Source: a virus
Taxonomy: Duplodnaviria; Caudoviricetes
Virus record (IMG/VR): IMGVR_UViG_3300012952_000057
Span: 1-34,776 of that record
Length of the DNA: 34,776 nt
Reading direction: 5' to 3' (one strand)
The position numbers and the translations under genes are program-made. Each line of letters starts with the position of its first letter. Position 1 is the stretch's first letter. The notes under the pieces were generated by a model. The model did not search any database. It saw only the letters and a list, made by a program, of their open reading frames with translations, and was not told the origin of the DNA. Below, in pieces: positions 1-8,785 of the stretch.

Positions 1-222
1 AACTTTGAGAAATTTGTTGATAAAATTACTGATGTAGCTGCTGATATTAAAATTGTAGAAAACTTTGATTTAAACGATCCTGAAGAGTTTGAAGTCTTTG
101 AGTCTGAAGATACTATTTCTATTCTGAATAGATATATCGAGGAAGCAGAAATTCAACTTGATAAGTCCAGAGTTCAGAATATTATGAGACAGACTTATCA
201 AGAGGCATGTGAGTTGATTTGA
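1..222 (+). CDS. gp47: Recombination endonuclease subunit gp47 (Mre11/SbcD-like), 3' fragment
   Basis: Frame 1 is open from base 1 to TGA at 220-222 (NFEKFVDKI...ESEDTISILNRYIEE...YQEACELI). It resembles the gp47 C-terminus and lies just upstream of gp46. Confidence 0.8.
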   Translation, partial: NFEKFVDKITDVAADIKIVENFDLNDPEEFEVFESEDTISILNRYIEEAEIQLDKSRVQNIMRQTYQEACELI

Positions 223-223
223 G

Positions 224-496
224 ATGTATATTCTAACAATTTACGGAAAAGAAACGGATGGTGCATATTCGGTAACCGATGAGGACGGTGATCAAATTTT
301 ATATTTGTTCAAAGGCGAAGACGATGCGATGAGATATGCTATGATGTTGGAGGATGGTGGAAGTCCAGAAATGCACGTCATAGAAATTGAAGATGAGATA
401 ATGATTAAAACCTGTGAGTTGCATGACTATAAGTATGCAATCATAACTGAAAACGATCTTGTAATTCCTCCTGAAGCCACACATGATTTTATTTGA
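224..496 (+). CDS. Hypothetical protein (90 aa, acidic) between gp47 and gp46
   Basis: Tightly packed ORF starting 1 nt after the gp47 stop and overlapping the gp46 start. Confidence 0.8.
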   Translation: MYILTIYGKETDGAYSVTDEDGDQILYLFKGEDDAMRYAMMLEDGGSPEMHVIEIEDEIMIKTCELHDYKYAIITENDLVIPPEATHDFI

Positions 497-2192
497 GAAA
501 ATTCGTTGGAAAAATTTTCTATCAACTGGTAATCAATATACTGAGATAGGATTTACACAGCACCCAACAAATCTGATTATTGGAACTAATGGAGCTGGCA
601 AGAGCACTCTACTTGATGCTCTTACTTTTTCTCTGTTTGGGAAACCATTTCGTAAAATCAATAAACCTCAACTGGTCAATTCAGTTAACGAAAAGGATTG
701 TGTTGTTGAGGTAGAGTTTTCTATTGGGAACACGAACTGGAAAGTCGTTCGTGGTATCAAACCAAATATTTTTGAAGTGCATCGTGATGGCACTCTTCTA
801 GATCAGTCCGCAGCTGCACTTGATCAGCAGAAGTGGTTTGAGCAGAACGTCATCAAGATGAACTATAAGTCTTTTACTCAGATTGTGATTCTTGGTAGTA
901 GCACGTTCGTTCCTTTCATGCAATTGACTGCTACAAATCGTAGAGATGTGATTGAAGATCTTCTTGATATTCGTATCTTCTCTTCTATGAATAATTTGAT
1001 GAAAGATAAGATCCGTCAAGTCAAAGAAGATATCAAAGTCTTAGATCTTAAGAAAGAATCTTTGAATGATAAAGTCAAGATGCAAACGAACTTTATTGAA
1101 GAGATTGAAAGTCGTGGTAAGGAAAATATTAAAAGTAAGGAAGTAAGGATTTCAGAACTCCTTACTGAAGAGAATAATTTGATGAATAGTAATGCTATCA
1201 TCGAAGAAGATGTGTTCAAGTTGAATAAAGAGATTGAAGATGTAGTAGGAGCCACAGAAAAACTTCGTACACTTGGTAATCTAAAAGGTAAGATTTCTAA
1301 TAAGGTAGCGACGATTACGAAGGAGCATAAATTCTTCACACAAAATACGGTTTGTCCTACCTGCGATCAGAAGATTGAGGAGTCCTTCAGAATAAATAGA
1401 ATTAATGACGCTCAAAATAAAGCAAAGGAGTTGCAATCCGGTTATAAAGAACTGGAACAAGCGATTAATAAGGAAGAAGAGCGAGAGCGTCAATTCACTA
1501 CTCTATCGAAGGAGATTACTACACTAACGCATGGCATTTCTCAAAACAATATTAAGATCGCTGGATGTCAACGACAAGTCAGAGATCTGGAATCGGAAAT
1601 TCAAAGAATTACCGATAACCTTGCAAACAGAAATACTGAGCATGAGAAACTAGCAACCTTCAAAGACAACTTAAGAACTACATACGACGAACTCGCTCAA
1701 CGTAAGGACACGATTAACTATTACGATTTTTCGTATAGTCTACTTAAAGACGGTGGAGTCAAGACCAAAATCATTAAGAAGTATCTACCGCTGATAAATC
1801 AGCAAGTCAATAAGTATCTACAACTTATGGACTTTTATATCAACTTCTCTCTTGATGAGGAATTTAACGAAACCGTCCAGTCCCCAATTCACGACAACTT
1901 TTCATATTCTTCTTTCAGCGAGGGAGAGAAGATGAGAATCGACCTGGCCCTACTCTTCACATGGCGTGAAGTAGCACGGATGAAGAACTCTGTCAACACG
2001 AATCTACTCATCATGGATGAGGTGTTTGATAGTTCTCTTGATGGATTTGGAACAGAAGAATTTTTGAAGATCATTCGGTTTGTTATTAAAGATGCAAACA
2101 TCTTTGTTATTTCTCATAAGGAATCTCTACATGATAAGTTCGCAGATGTGATTCGCTTTGATAAGGTGAAAGGATTTAGTAGGATGGTCTGA
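483..2192 (+). CDS. gp46: Recombination endonuclease ATPase subunit gp46 (Rad50/SbcC-like)
   Basis: Walker A GTNGAGKS, coiled coil with zinc hook CPTC, ABC signature FSEGEK, Walker B LLIMDEVFD, H-loop VISH. Confidence 0.97.
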   Translation: MILFEKIRWKNFLSTGNQYTEIGFTQHPTNLIIGTNGAGKSTLLDALTFSLFGKPFRKINKPQLVNSVNEKDCVVEVEFSIGNTNWKVVRGIKPNIFEVHRDGTLLDQSAAALDQQKWFEQNVIKMNYKSFTQIVILGSSTFVPFMQLTATNRRDVIEDLLDIRIFSSMNNLMKDKIRQVKEDIKVLDLKKESLNDKVKMQTNFIEEIESRGKENIKSKEVRISELLTEENNLMNSNAIIEEDVFKLNKEIEDVVGATEKLRTLGNLKGKISNKVATITKEHKFFTQNTVCPTCDQKIEESFRINRINDAQNKAKELQSGYKELEQAINKEEERERQFTTLSKEITTLTHGISQNNIKIAGCQRQVRDLESEIQRITDNLANRNTEHEKLATFKDNLRTTYDELAQRKDTINYYDFSYSLLKDGGVKTKIIKKYLPLINQQVNKYLQLMDFYINFSLDEEFNETVQSPIHDNFSYSSFSEGEKMRIDLALLFTWREVARMKNSVNTNLLIMDEVFDSSLDGFGTEEFLKIIRFVIKDANIFVISHKESLHDKFADVIRFDKVKGFSRMV

Positions 2193-2818
2193 TGCCGACG
2201 TTTGTACATAAGGAAACCGGGAAGAAAATATTCTTTGCACATATCCCAAGAACGGCAGGGAGATTTGTAGAAGCTAATCTGTTAGAAAATGGATTTGATT
2301 GGGGTGATAGTCATCTAGACACTGGACTAGGTGTAATGTCTGTTGTGAATAATATTGAGATAGCACATTATCATCGTAAGTATTATCAAAAATATTTGAA
2401 TGTGACAGAAGACATTCCTCAGTTCTCTATTGTTAGAAATCCTCTCACTCGATTTATTTCTGGTTCAATTTATCTAAAGAGAACATATGGGAACGATATA
2501 CAATCCCAGATGGAAGATCCTATGTTGTTTGGGTCGATGATACAAAATCTTCCTTTTGAGGGATCATGGAACTGGTATCGACCACAAGTAGATTTCTTGA
2601 GTAATCAAACTCAAGTTTGGAAATTTGAAAATAAGATTGGAGATGAGTTTGCTGCTTGGTTAAGTGATATTATCGGTATTAATTTAAAGTTCGATGATAA
2701 GGTAGAGTATCCAAAATCTCATGATGAGGGAAATAAGTTAAGGATGTCTCCTGCTCTAGAAGTAAACATTAGAGGAGCTTACGCTAAAGACTTTGAAGTA
2801 TTGTATAAAAGTATGTAA
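2192..2818 (+). CDS. Sulfotransferase-family protein (Sulfotransfer_2-like)
   Basis: FFAHIPRTAGRFVE resembles the 5'-phosphosulfate-binding loop (HIPKTAG). SIVRNPLTRFIS resembles the 3'-phosphate-binding motif. Downstream YRPQVDFL and KFEN also fit. Confidence 0.75.
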   Translation: MPTFVHKETGKKIFFAHIPRTAGRFVEANLLENGFDWGDSHLDTGLGVMSVVNNIEIAHYHRKYYQKYLNVTEDIPQFSIVRNPLTRFISGSIYLKRTYGNDIQSQMEDPMLFGSMIQNLPFEGSWNWYRPQVDFLSNQTQVWKFENKIGDEFAAWLSDIIGINLKFDDKVEYPKSHDEGNKLRMSPALEVNIRGAYAKDFEVLYKSM

Positions 2819-2863
2819 AAATTGTTAAGTATGACAAGAACTTCATTAAGTTAGCATACCAAC

Positions 2864-2871
2864 ACTAAATA
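2864..2871 (+). promoter_or_regulatory. T4-type late promoter variant (ACTAAATA)
   Basis: Variant of the T4 late promoter TATAAATA with the TAAATA core intact, in an intergenic region upstream of ORF 2947. Confidence 0.55.
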
Positions 2872-2946
2872 GTAACAGAATTGAGAGAGAATTTTATGTA
2901 ACGAAAGTCTCGTTGTTATTTCTCGACTGTATCATTAGGAGACATT

Positions 2947-3129
2947 ATGCACAATCTCATTTCACACAATCAACTAGCGGGTTGGAAACAAAGCGTTGAT
3001 CGATTGACTCATACATTAGACAGAACGATGGATGAATCAGATGTTTTAAACGATTACTACAATTGTTTGATTGAGTGTGATGATGATCAATCCACTTGTA
3101 AACGAGTTTGTAGGAGCATTCTTTCATAA
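2947..3129 (+). CDS. Small cysteine-motif protein (60 aa, twin CX3C)
   Basis: SD AGGAG upstream of the ATG; C-terminal CLIEC-x6-CKRVC. Confidence 0.8.
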   Translation: MHNLISHNQLAGWKQSVDRLTHTLDRTMDESDVLNDYYNCLIECDDDQSTCKRVCRSILS

Positions 3130-3167
3130 ATTTCAAAGCGATTAAAACCAATCATAGACACATAGGA

Positions 3168-3213
3168 AACTGTCACTAAGGGCCCTCCGCTTCGGCGGGG
3201 GGTTTAGTATTAT
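3168..3213 (+). promoter_or_regulatory. Putative early/middle promoter: AACTGTCAC box, GC-rich UUCG hairpin, -10 TATTAT (hairpin may also terminate upstream transcription)
   Basis: AACTGTCAC 3168-3176; hairpin GCCCTCCGC-TTCG-GCGGGGGGT 3182-3203; TATTAT 3208-3213. Confidence 0.55.
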
Positions 3214-3236
3214 AGGTGCATACAAGAGAAACCACC

Positions 3237-5360
3237 ATGGCAGTCAAGCACGAAATCAAATCCCAACTTGCCAAACTGCTTGCCACTGAGGACTTGATCG
3301 TGGAGCACAAGCAAGTGCAGACTGCTTGCTTCAACGTCCACACCCGTGTCCTGACCCTCCCGATGTGGGAGAAAGCAAGCAACACCGTCTATGATCTGTT
3401 GGTGGGTCATGAGGTTGGCCATGCACTCTTCACCCCTGACGAGAACTGGTTGGAAAAGGTTGCAGTCCCTCCTCAGTTTGTGAATGTGGTTGAGGACGCA
3501 CGAATTGAGAAACTTATGAAACGCAAGTACATGGGACTTGCAAAGACGTTTTTCCGAGGTTACCAAGAACTAAATGACGAGGACTTCTTCTCTATTTCTG
3601 ACGAGTCTGTTTCTGATTTCAATCTTGCTGATCGTGCAAATCTATACTTTAAGATCGGTAATTTTTTAGACATCTCTTTTGATTCTGAAGAACAAGTATT
3701 GATTCAGAAGATTGCAGACGTAGAGACCTTCGACGATGTGTTGAAGGTTGCGGAAGAACTGTACTTGTTCTGTAAGAAAGAAAAAGAAGAGAAAGTAGAT
3801 GATATGGAGATGCCATCTAATGAGATGGGTGGAGAGTCTGATCAACCTGCTAGTGAGCAGCAGGAACAGCAGGACTCTCCTGGAGAGGGTTCTGGTGAGT
3901 CTGAGCAGCAAACTCCTATGCCAGAGGCAGATCAATCTGCTACTGCTCCTCTGAATGATGAACCAGAGGTTCAGACTGCTGATGCTTTGGAATCAAATCT
4001 GCAGGATCTTGTGAATGAGGATGCCTGGGAAAATGTATATGTTGAGATTCCTAAGGTTGACCTGAAGTATATTATTGCTAAGAATGATGATATTCATAAA
4101 GAGATTGATGCATGGTTCAATCATCAAGAGACTAAGATTGAATGTCTTTTTGATAAGGTTGATGGAGAGTTTATTAAGTTCAAACGTAATGCACAGAAAG
4201 AAGTCAACTACCTGGTGAAAGAGTTTGAGTGTCGCAAGGCAGCAGATTCCTATGCCCGTGCTACCACTGCTCGCACTGGTGTTCTTGATACCTCCAAACT
4301 GCACACCTACAAGTACAACGAAGATCTATTCAGGAAAGTCTCTGTGATTCCTGATGGTAAGAATCATGGTCTGATCTTCGTCCTTGACTGGAGTGGTTCT
4401 ATGAGCCGTGTGATGCTTGACACAATCAAGCAACTCTATAATCTGATCTGGTTCTGTAAGAAAGTTTCTATTCCTTTTGAGGTGTATGCTTTCACGAACG
4501 AGTGGAAGAAACCTGAGATCAATTATGAAACTCAAGAAATTGTCAAACCGGCAGACTGGACTTCTTCTTATGAGAAGAAAGAGAATCTTCTTGCTGTTCA
4601 TGAACAGTTCTCTATGATGAATCTTCTGACCAGCAAGACAAATGGTAAGCAACTAGAACATCAGATGATCAACATCTGGAGGTGTGCGAAAGCCTTTGGT
4701 AACTTCTACGGATCTTGCTACTCTGTCCCCACTCGTATGGGTTTGTCTGGCACTCCTTTGAATGAAGCATTTGTGTGTCTTCACCAGATCCTTCCTCAGT
4801 TCCAGAAGGAGAACAAACTGCAGAAGGTTCAGTGTATTGTCTTGACCGATGGTGAGGCAAATCATCTCTCTCGTCACGTCATGGTGAAACGTCACTGGGA
4901 GAATGAACCTTATATGGGAAATCGTCAGTTGACTGGTGGTTGCACCTTCCTCCGTGATCGCAAGACTGGTAATACCTATCAGGTTCCTTATGGTTGGCAT
5001 GGATTCTCTGACCTGATGCTTCAGAACCTTCGTGACAATTTTCCGTCTGTTAACTTTGTGGGTATCCGTGTTCTTGAGGGTCGTGATGCAAACGGATTCC
5101 TGAGCCTGTATCACGATCGGGGTTCTAATGTGTTCCATAAGCTGCAGAGTGAGTGGAAGAAACAACGTAGTTTCACCATCAAGACCTCTGGATATCATGC
5201 ATATTTTGCTATTTCTGCAGCATCACTTTCTCAGGACTCTGATTTTGAAGTTGATGATGGTGCAACCAAAGCAAAAATTAAATCTGCATTCATCAAGTCT
5301 CTCAAGACTAAGAAACTAAATAAGAAGGTCCTTGGAGAATTTATTTCTCTAGTAGCATGA
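3237..5360 (+). CDS. HExxH metallopeptidase-like / vWA (MIDAS) protein, CobT-like partner of the downstream AAA+ ATPase
   Basis: HEVGH in the N-terminal domain, acidic linker, MIDAS motifs FVLDWSGSM, GTPL and LTDGE. Start placed at the ATG of MAVKHEIK. Confidence 0.85.
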   Translation: MAVKHEIKSQLAKLLATEDLIVEHKQVQTACFNVHTRVLTLPMWEKASNTVYDLLVGHEVGHALFTPDENWLEKVAVPPQFVNVVEDARIEKLMKRKYMGLAKTFFRGYQELNDEDFFSISDESVSDFNLADRANLYFKIGNFLDISFDSEEQVLIQKIADVETFDDVLKVAEELYLFCKKEKEEKVDDMEMPSNEMGGESDQPASEQQEQQDSPGEGSGESEQQTPMPEADQSATAPLNDEPEVQTADALESNLQDLVNEDAWENVYVEIPKVDLKYIIAKNDDIHKEIDAWFNHQETKIECLFDKVDGEFIKFKRNAQKEVNYLVKEFECRKAADSYARATTARTGVLDTSKLHTYKYNEDLFRKVSVIPDGKNHGLIFVLDWSGSMSRVMLDTIKQLYNLIWFCKKVSIPFEVYAFTNEWKKPEINYETQEIVKPADWTSSYEKKENLLAVHEQFSMMNLLTSKTNGKQLEHQMINIWRCAKAFGNFYGSCYSVPTRMGLSGTPLNEAFVCLHQILPQFQKENKLQKVQCIVLTDGEANHLSRHVMVKRHWENEPYMGNRQLTGGCTFLRDRKTGNTYQVPYGWHGFSDLMLQNLRDNFPSVNFVGIRVLEGRDANGFLSLYHDRGSNVFHKLQSEWKKQRSFTIKTSGYHAYFAISAASLSQDSDFEVDDGATKAKIKSAFIKSLKTKKLNKKVLGEFISLVA

Positions 5361-5503
5361 CAAAAGAAAATTGGAGAGAGATTGCTAAAGCATCAGAAAA
5401 GGATCCCAAGGTACTTGAAATCCTTGAGAATGGTCCTAGATCTCTCAGTCAGGCATATCTACTCGGAGCTATGCGATACAAGTATGGACGATCTGACAAG
5501 TGA
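5357..5503 (+). CDS. Small hypothetical protein (48 aa, MTKENWREIAKASEKDPKVLEILENGPRSLSQAYLLGAMRYKYGRSDK)
   Basis: ATGA overlap with the upstream stop; fills the gap. Below the ORF-track length cutoff. Confidence 0.7.
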   Translation: MTKENWREIAKASEKDPKVLEILENGPRSLSQAYLLGAMRYKYGRSDK

Positions 5504-5542
5504 CACACGGGGGGTTTAAGACCCCCCTTTTTCGTCTATAAT
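5498..5542 (+). promoter_or_regulatory. Putative early/middle promoter: AAGTGACAC box, G6/C6 hairpin with T-tract, -10 TATAAT
   Basis: AAGTGACAC 5498-5506; GGGGGGT-TTAAG-ACCCCCC followed by TTTTT; TATAAT 5537-5542. Confidence 0.6.
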
Positions 5543-5563
5543 AACTTCAGTTAAACAAAACAA

Positions 5564-6640
5564 ATGGGTCTGTCCAAAGAAAGCATCGTCGAATGTCTCC
5601 GCGAGTCCTACGGTGAGTCCGTGACTTCTGCTGAGATCAAAGCATTCTGTATGATGAATGACTTCAACTATCAGACTATCACTAACAAACTGACTGATTA
5701 CAAGGTTGGTCGCGGTAAGTGGAATCTGGAAGTAACGAAAGAGACTGTAGAAGAACTCGAAGTGACTTATAATGGACCTGCAGCACTGCCTGCAGTAGAG
5801 CAAAACCTTATCCCCGCTAAAGATGATTCCTTCGTCCAGTTTGGTAATTTCAGTGACGTTAAAAAAATTATTAAGTCCGGTCTCTTCTACCCTACGTTTA
5901 TCACGGGTCTTTCGGGCAACGGTAAAACGTTTTCTGTCGAACAAGCATGTGCCCAACTCGGCCGAGAACTCATCCGAGTCAACATCACAGTAGAAACAGA
6001 TGAAGATGATCTTATTGGCGGCTTCCGTCTTGTTGGTGGAGAAACCGTTTGGCACAACGGACCAGTTATCGAAGCCCTGCAACGGGGTGCTGTGCTGCTC
6101 CTTGACGAGATCGACCTCGCCTCAAACAAAATCCTCTGTCTTCAGTCTATTCTCGAAGGAAAAGGAGTTTTCCTCAAGAAGATTGGCAAATGGGTTACGC
6201 CCGCAGAAGGTTTCCAAGTATTCGCAACCGCAAATACCAAAGGTAAAGGTTCCGACGACGGCCGATTCATCGGAACTAACGTGCTCAACGAAGCATTCCT
6301 TGAGCGGTTCCCTGTGACCTTTGAGCAGGAGTATCCTTCTACTGCCACTGAACAGAAGATCCTTGGTAAGATCTGTAAGGATGAAGAATTCTGTAAGCGT
6401 CTTGCTGACTGGGCTGACATCATCCGTAAGACTTTCTATGATGGTGGTATTGAGGAGATCATCAGCACCCGTCGTCTGGTTCATATCGTGAGGGCATACA
6501 GCATCTTCAACGACAAGGCAAAAGCAATCCAAGTCTGTGTCAATCGTTTTGATGATGAAACCAAGCAAGCATTCTTGGAACTGTATGATAAGGTTGATGC
6601 TGACTTTGTGATGCCCGTTGACGAGCAAGTACAATCCTGA
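5564..6640 (+). CDS. cobS: CobS-like MoxR-family AAA+ ATPase
   Basis: Walker A GLSGNGKT, Walker B LLLDEID, sensor ATANT, arginine finger AFLERF, ISTRRL. Conventionally called cobS in cyanophages. Confidence 0.9.
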   Translation: MGLSKESIVECLRESYGESVTSAEIKAFCMMNDFNYQTITNKLTDYKVGRGKWNLEVTKETVEELEVTYNGPAALPAVEQNLIPAKDDSFVQFGNFSDVKKIIKSGLFYPTFITGLSGNGKTFSVEQACAQLGRELIRVNITVETDEDDLIGGFRLVGGETVWHNGPVIEALQRGAVLLLDEIDLASNKILCLQSILEGKGVFLKKIGKWVTPAEGFQVFATANTKGKGSDDGRFIGTNVLNEAFLERFPVTFEQEYPSTATEQKILGKICKDEEFCKRLADWADIIRKTFYDGGIEEIISTRRLVHIVRAYSIFNDKAKAIQVCVNRFDDETKQAFLELYDKVDADFVMPVDEQVQS

Positions 6641-6646
6641 TATAAT
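6618..6646 (+). promoter_or_regulatory. Sigma70-type promoter
   Basis: TTGACG-N17-TATAAT at the end of cobS. Confidence 0.75.
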
Positions 6647-6647
6647 T

Positions 6648-7235
6648 ATGACAAACTCTTGGAGTCTACTTTACGATACGATGACTAAACATTCAAAGTA
6701 TTATTATGATTATGATCGTAATGATCCAAACAGAGAAAACCCATTTACAAGCGATCAGAGTTATTGGGAAGATGATGGATTTAGTTTGATTGGTAATCCG
6801 ATGGGAGCTCAAGATACCATTTGTATGGGATCAGGATCTGACACAATTACCTTTGGTGCTGCACAACCAGTTCCGATGGATTATCTTTCCCTTGGTGGCG
6901 AAGACTCTGTTATTTTTAACTTAACTATGGATGAAAAGAACAAGCAAAGCAAGTACAAATATAGTGAGGATGCGATCCTTAAAGAACTAACCGATTATAT
7001 TGCTGGTACATACAATCAGCACTACTCTGCTGGTGATGATAAAATCCAAACACTTGATTTGATTGAAGCTTGTGGTGATGGAGAATCCTTCTGCCGCAGC
7101 AACATCCTCAAGTATGCCTCTCGTTATGACAAGAAAGGCACTGCACGTCGTGACATTTTGAAGATCTTGCATTATGCTGTTCTTCTGATGCATTTCAACG
7201 ACAAGAATGCACAACGTGAAACCTATCCCCAGTGA
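6648..7235 (+). CDS. Hypothetical protein with C-terminal DUF3310-like (T7 gp1.7 nucleotide-kinase-like) domain
   Basis: HY...QTLDLIE...FCRSNILKYASRYDKKG...DILKILHYA pattern. Start uncertain (6648 or 6681). Confidence 0.65.
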   Translation: MTNSWSLLYDTMTKHSKYYYDYDRNDPNRENPFTSDQSYWEDDGFSLIGNPMGAQDTICMGSGSDTITFGAAQPVPMDYLSLGGEDSVIFNLTMDEKNKQSKYKYSEDAILKELTDYIAGTYNQHYSAGDDKIQTLDLIEACGDGESFCRSNILKYASRYDKKGTARRDILKILHYAVLLMHFNDKNAQRETYPQ

Positions 7236-7255
7236 AACTGAGACCTTCCAATACT

Positions 7256-7921
7256 ATGAAACTGTCCGATAAAACTATCTCTGTCCTGAAGAACTTCTCT
7301 TCGATCAATCAATCGATTCTCTTCAAGGAGGGTAGTAAACTTCGCACTATTAGTGTGATGAAAAACATCCTTGCAGAAGCCACTGTTACTGAAGAGTTTA
7401 TGAAGGACTTTGGCATCTATGATTTGAACCAGTTCCTTAATGGTTTGAGTCTGCATTCTAGTCCTGAACTTGACTTCCAAAATGATGGATATGTCATGAT
7501 CCGTGAAGGTAAATCACGTTCTAAGTATTTCTTTGCAGATCCTAATGTGATTGTCACTCCCCCGGAGAAAGACATCACTCTTCCTTCTGAAGATGTTTGC
7601 TTTGAAGTAAGCACAGATCAATTGGAGAAACTGCTTAAGGCATCAGCTGTTTATCAATTGCCTGATCTGTCTGCTGTTGGTGAATCGGGTGTGATCAAAC
7701 TGGTTGTTCGCGATAAGAAGAATGACACATCTAACGACTATGCTGTCGTTGTTGGTGAGACTGACAAAGAATTCTCTTTCAACTTCAAGGTAGAGAACAT
7801 CAAGGTTCTCCCTGGAACTTATGAGGTGGTTGTGTCACAAAAACTTCTGTCACGATTTACCTCCAAGAATCACGATCTGACTTATTATATTGCTCTAGAG
7901 CCTGATTCTACTTTCGGATGA
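7256..7921 (+). CDS. gp45: Sliding clamp gp45
   Basis: MKLSDKTISVLKNFSSINQSILFK, FGIYDLNQFL, C-terminal YYIALEPDS. Confidence 0.95.
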   Translation: MKLSDKTISVLKNFSSINQSILFKEGSKLRTISVMKNILAEATVTEEFMKDFGIYDLNQFLNGLSLHSSPELDFQNDGYVMIREGKSRSKYFFADPNVIVTPPEKDITLPSEDVCFEVSTDQLEKLLKASAVYQLPDLSAVGESGVIKLVVRDKKNDTSNDYAVVVGETDKEFSFNFKVENIKVLPGTYEVVVSQKLLSRFTSKNHDLTYYIALEPDSTFG

Positions 7922-8445
7922 ATATCTTTGTGACCTCTCCCAGTCCTTGGGAATCTGCCAGGGTTCTCCCTGACAAACATATTGTCAAGATGCCCCTAGA
8001 GACATGTCAGATGCTTGCTATTGTATGCTCTGACAAGTGGGGTCATAACTTCGGCACTCTTCCTAGAGCAGATGGTACTCCCTATGCTACTGAGAAGGGT
8101 GCTTTTCGTAATCATCCCTGTACTATCTGGGCAAATGAATTTGTAACCAATTGGCAGTGGTTGCTTGCTCATGGACTTGCTATGTGTGACGAGTACACTG
8201 CTCGATATGGTAAGGTCCACACCTGTCAGAAGACGCTCCTAGCAGCAAAGGAGATACTTCCTACCGCAGACCCACAAGGTCGCAGTGGAAAAGATCCAAC
8301 ACCGTTTGTCTTTGCTGGTCCTGATGAGTTCAAGTTGGATACTTCGATATCCATCTTTGACAAATACAAGATGTATATTGCATCTAAACCTTGGGTAGCT
8401 GATAACTACCTTCGTATTCCTGATCGTAAACCTGATTGGATTTAA
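7918..8445 (+). CDS. Pyrimidine-dimer DNA glycosylase / endonuclease V-like protein
   Basis: MNIF...DKHIVKMPLETCQML...NHPCTIW...EYTARYGKVH pattern typical of this family. Confidence 0.7.
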   Translation: MNIFVTSPSPWESARVLPDKHIVKMPLETCQMLAIVCSDKWGHNFGTLPRADGTPYATEKGAFRNHPCTIWANEFVTNWQWLLAHGLAMCDEYTARYGKVHTCQKTLLAAKEILPTADPQGRSGKDPTPFVFAGPDEFKLDTSISIFDKYKMYIASKPWVADNYLRIPDRKPDWI

Positions 8446-8447
8446 TA

Positions 8448-8783
8448 ATGAAACACATCCTATTCACCTTGAAGGGATGTCCTTTTGAACTTCTTGACGA
8501 CAAAGAGTTTATTCGTATGCTTTTGTTTAGAGCAACAAAGGAATGCAAATCTACTTTGCTTAATCTTGCAGTGCATAAGTTTGACCCTCAAGGTGTGACT
8601 AGTATTGCCATGCTTGCTGAATCTCATATCAGTATTCATACTTGGCCTGAGAAGGGAATGGCAGTATGTGATGTCTTCACTTGTGGGGATACCGCTACAC
8701 CTCAAGATGGTGTAGAATATATGAAAGAACAATTGAAGGCAACTGATATTGTGTCTCATGAATTTGTTCGACCTTTGGAATGA
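8448..8783 (+). CDS. speD: S-adenosylmethionine decarboxylase proenzyme (pyruvoyl-dependent, class 1B)
   Basis: HKFDPQGVT, self-cleavage motif LAE/SHISIHTWPE, CDVFTCG. Confidence 0.92.
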   Translation: MKHILFTLKGCPFELLDDKEFIRMLLFRATKECKSTLLNLAVHKFDPQGVTSIAMLAESHISIHTWPEKGMAVCDVFTCGDTATPQDGVEYMKEQLKATDIVSHEFVRPLE

Positions 8784-8785
8784 TT

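Noticed and set aside
2800-2855. Pho box or HLR1 (RpaB) direct repeats upstream of ORF 2947
   Set aside because: The TTAAG repeats are 21 nt apart and the TGTAA-like repeats have irregular spacing; not distinguishable from AT-rich background.
5564-6640. Functional cobalamin-biosynthesis gene
   Set aside because: No cobN or other cob genes in the window; the motifs support only a MoxR-type AAA+ ATPase.
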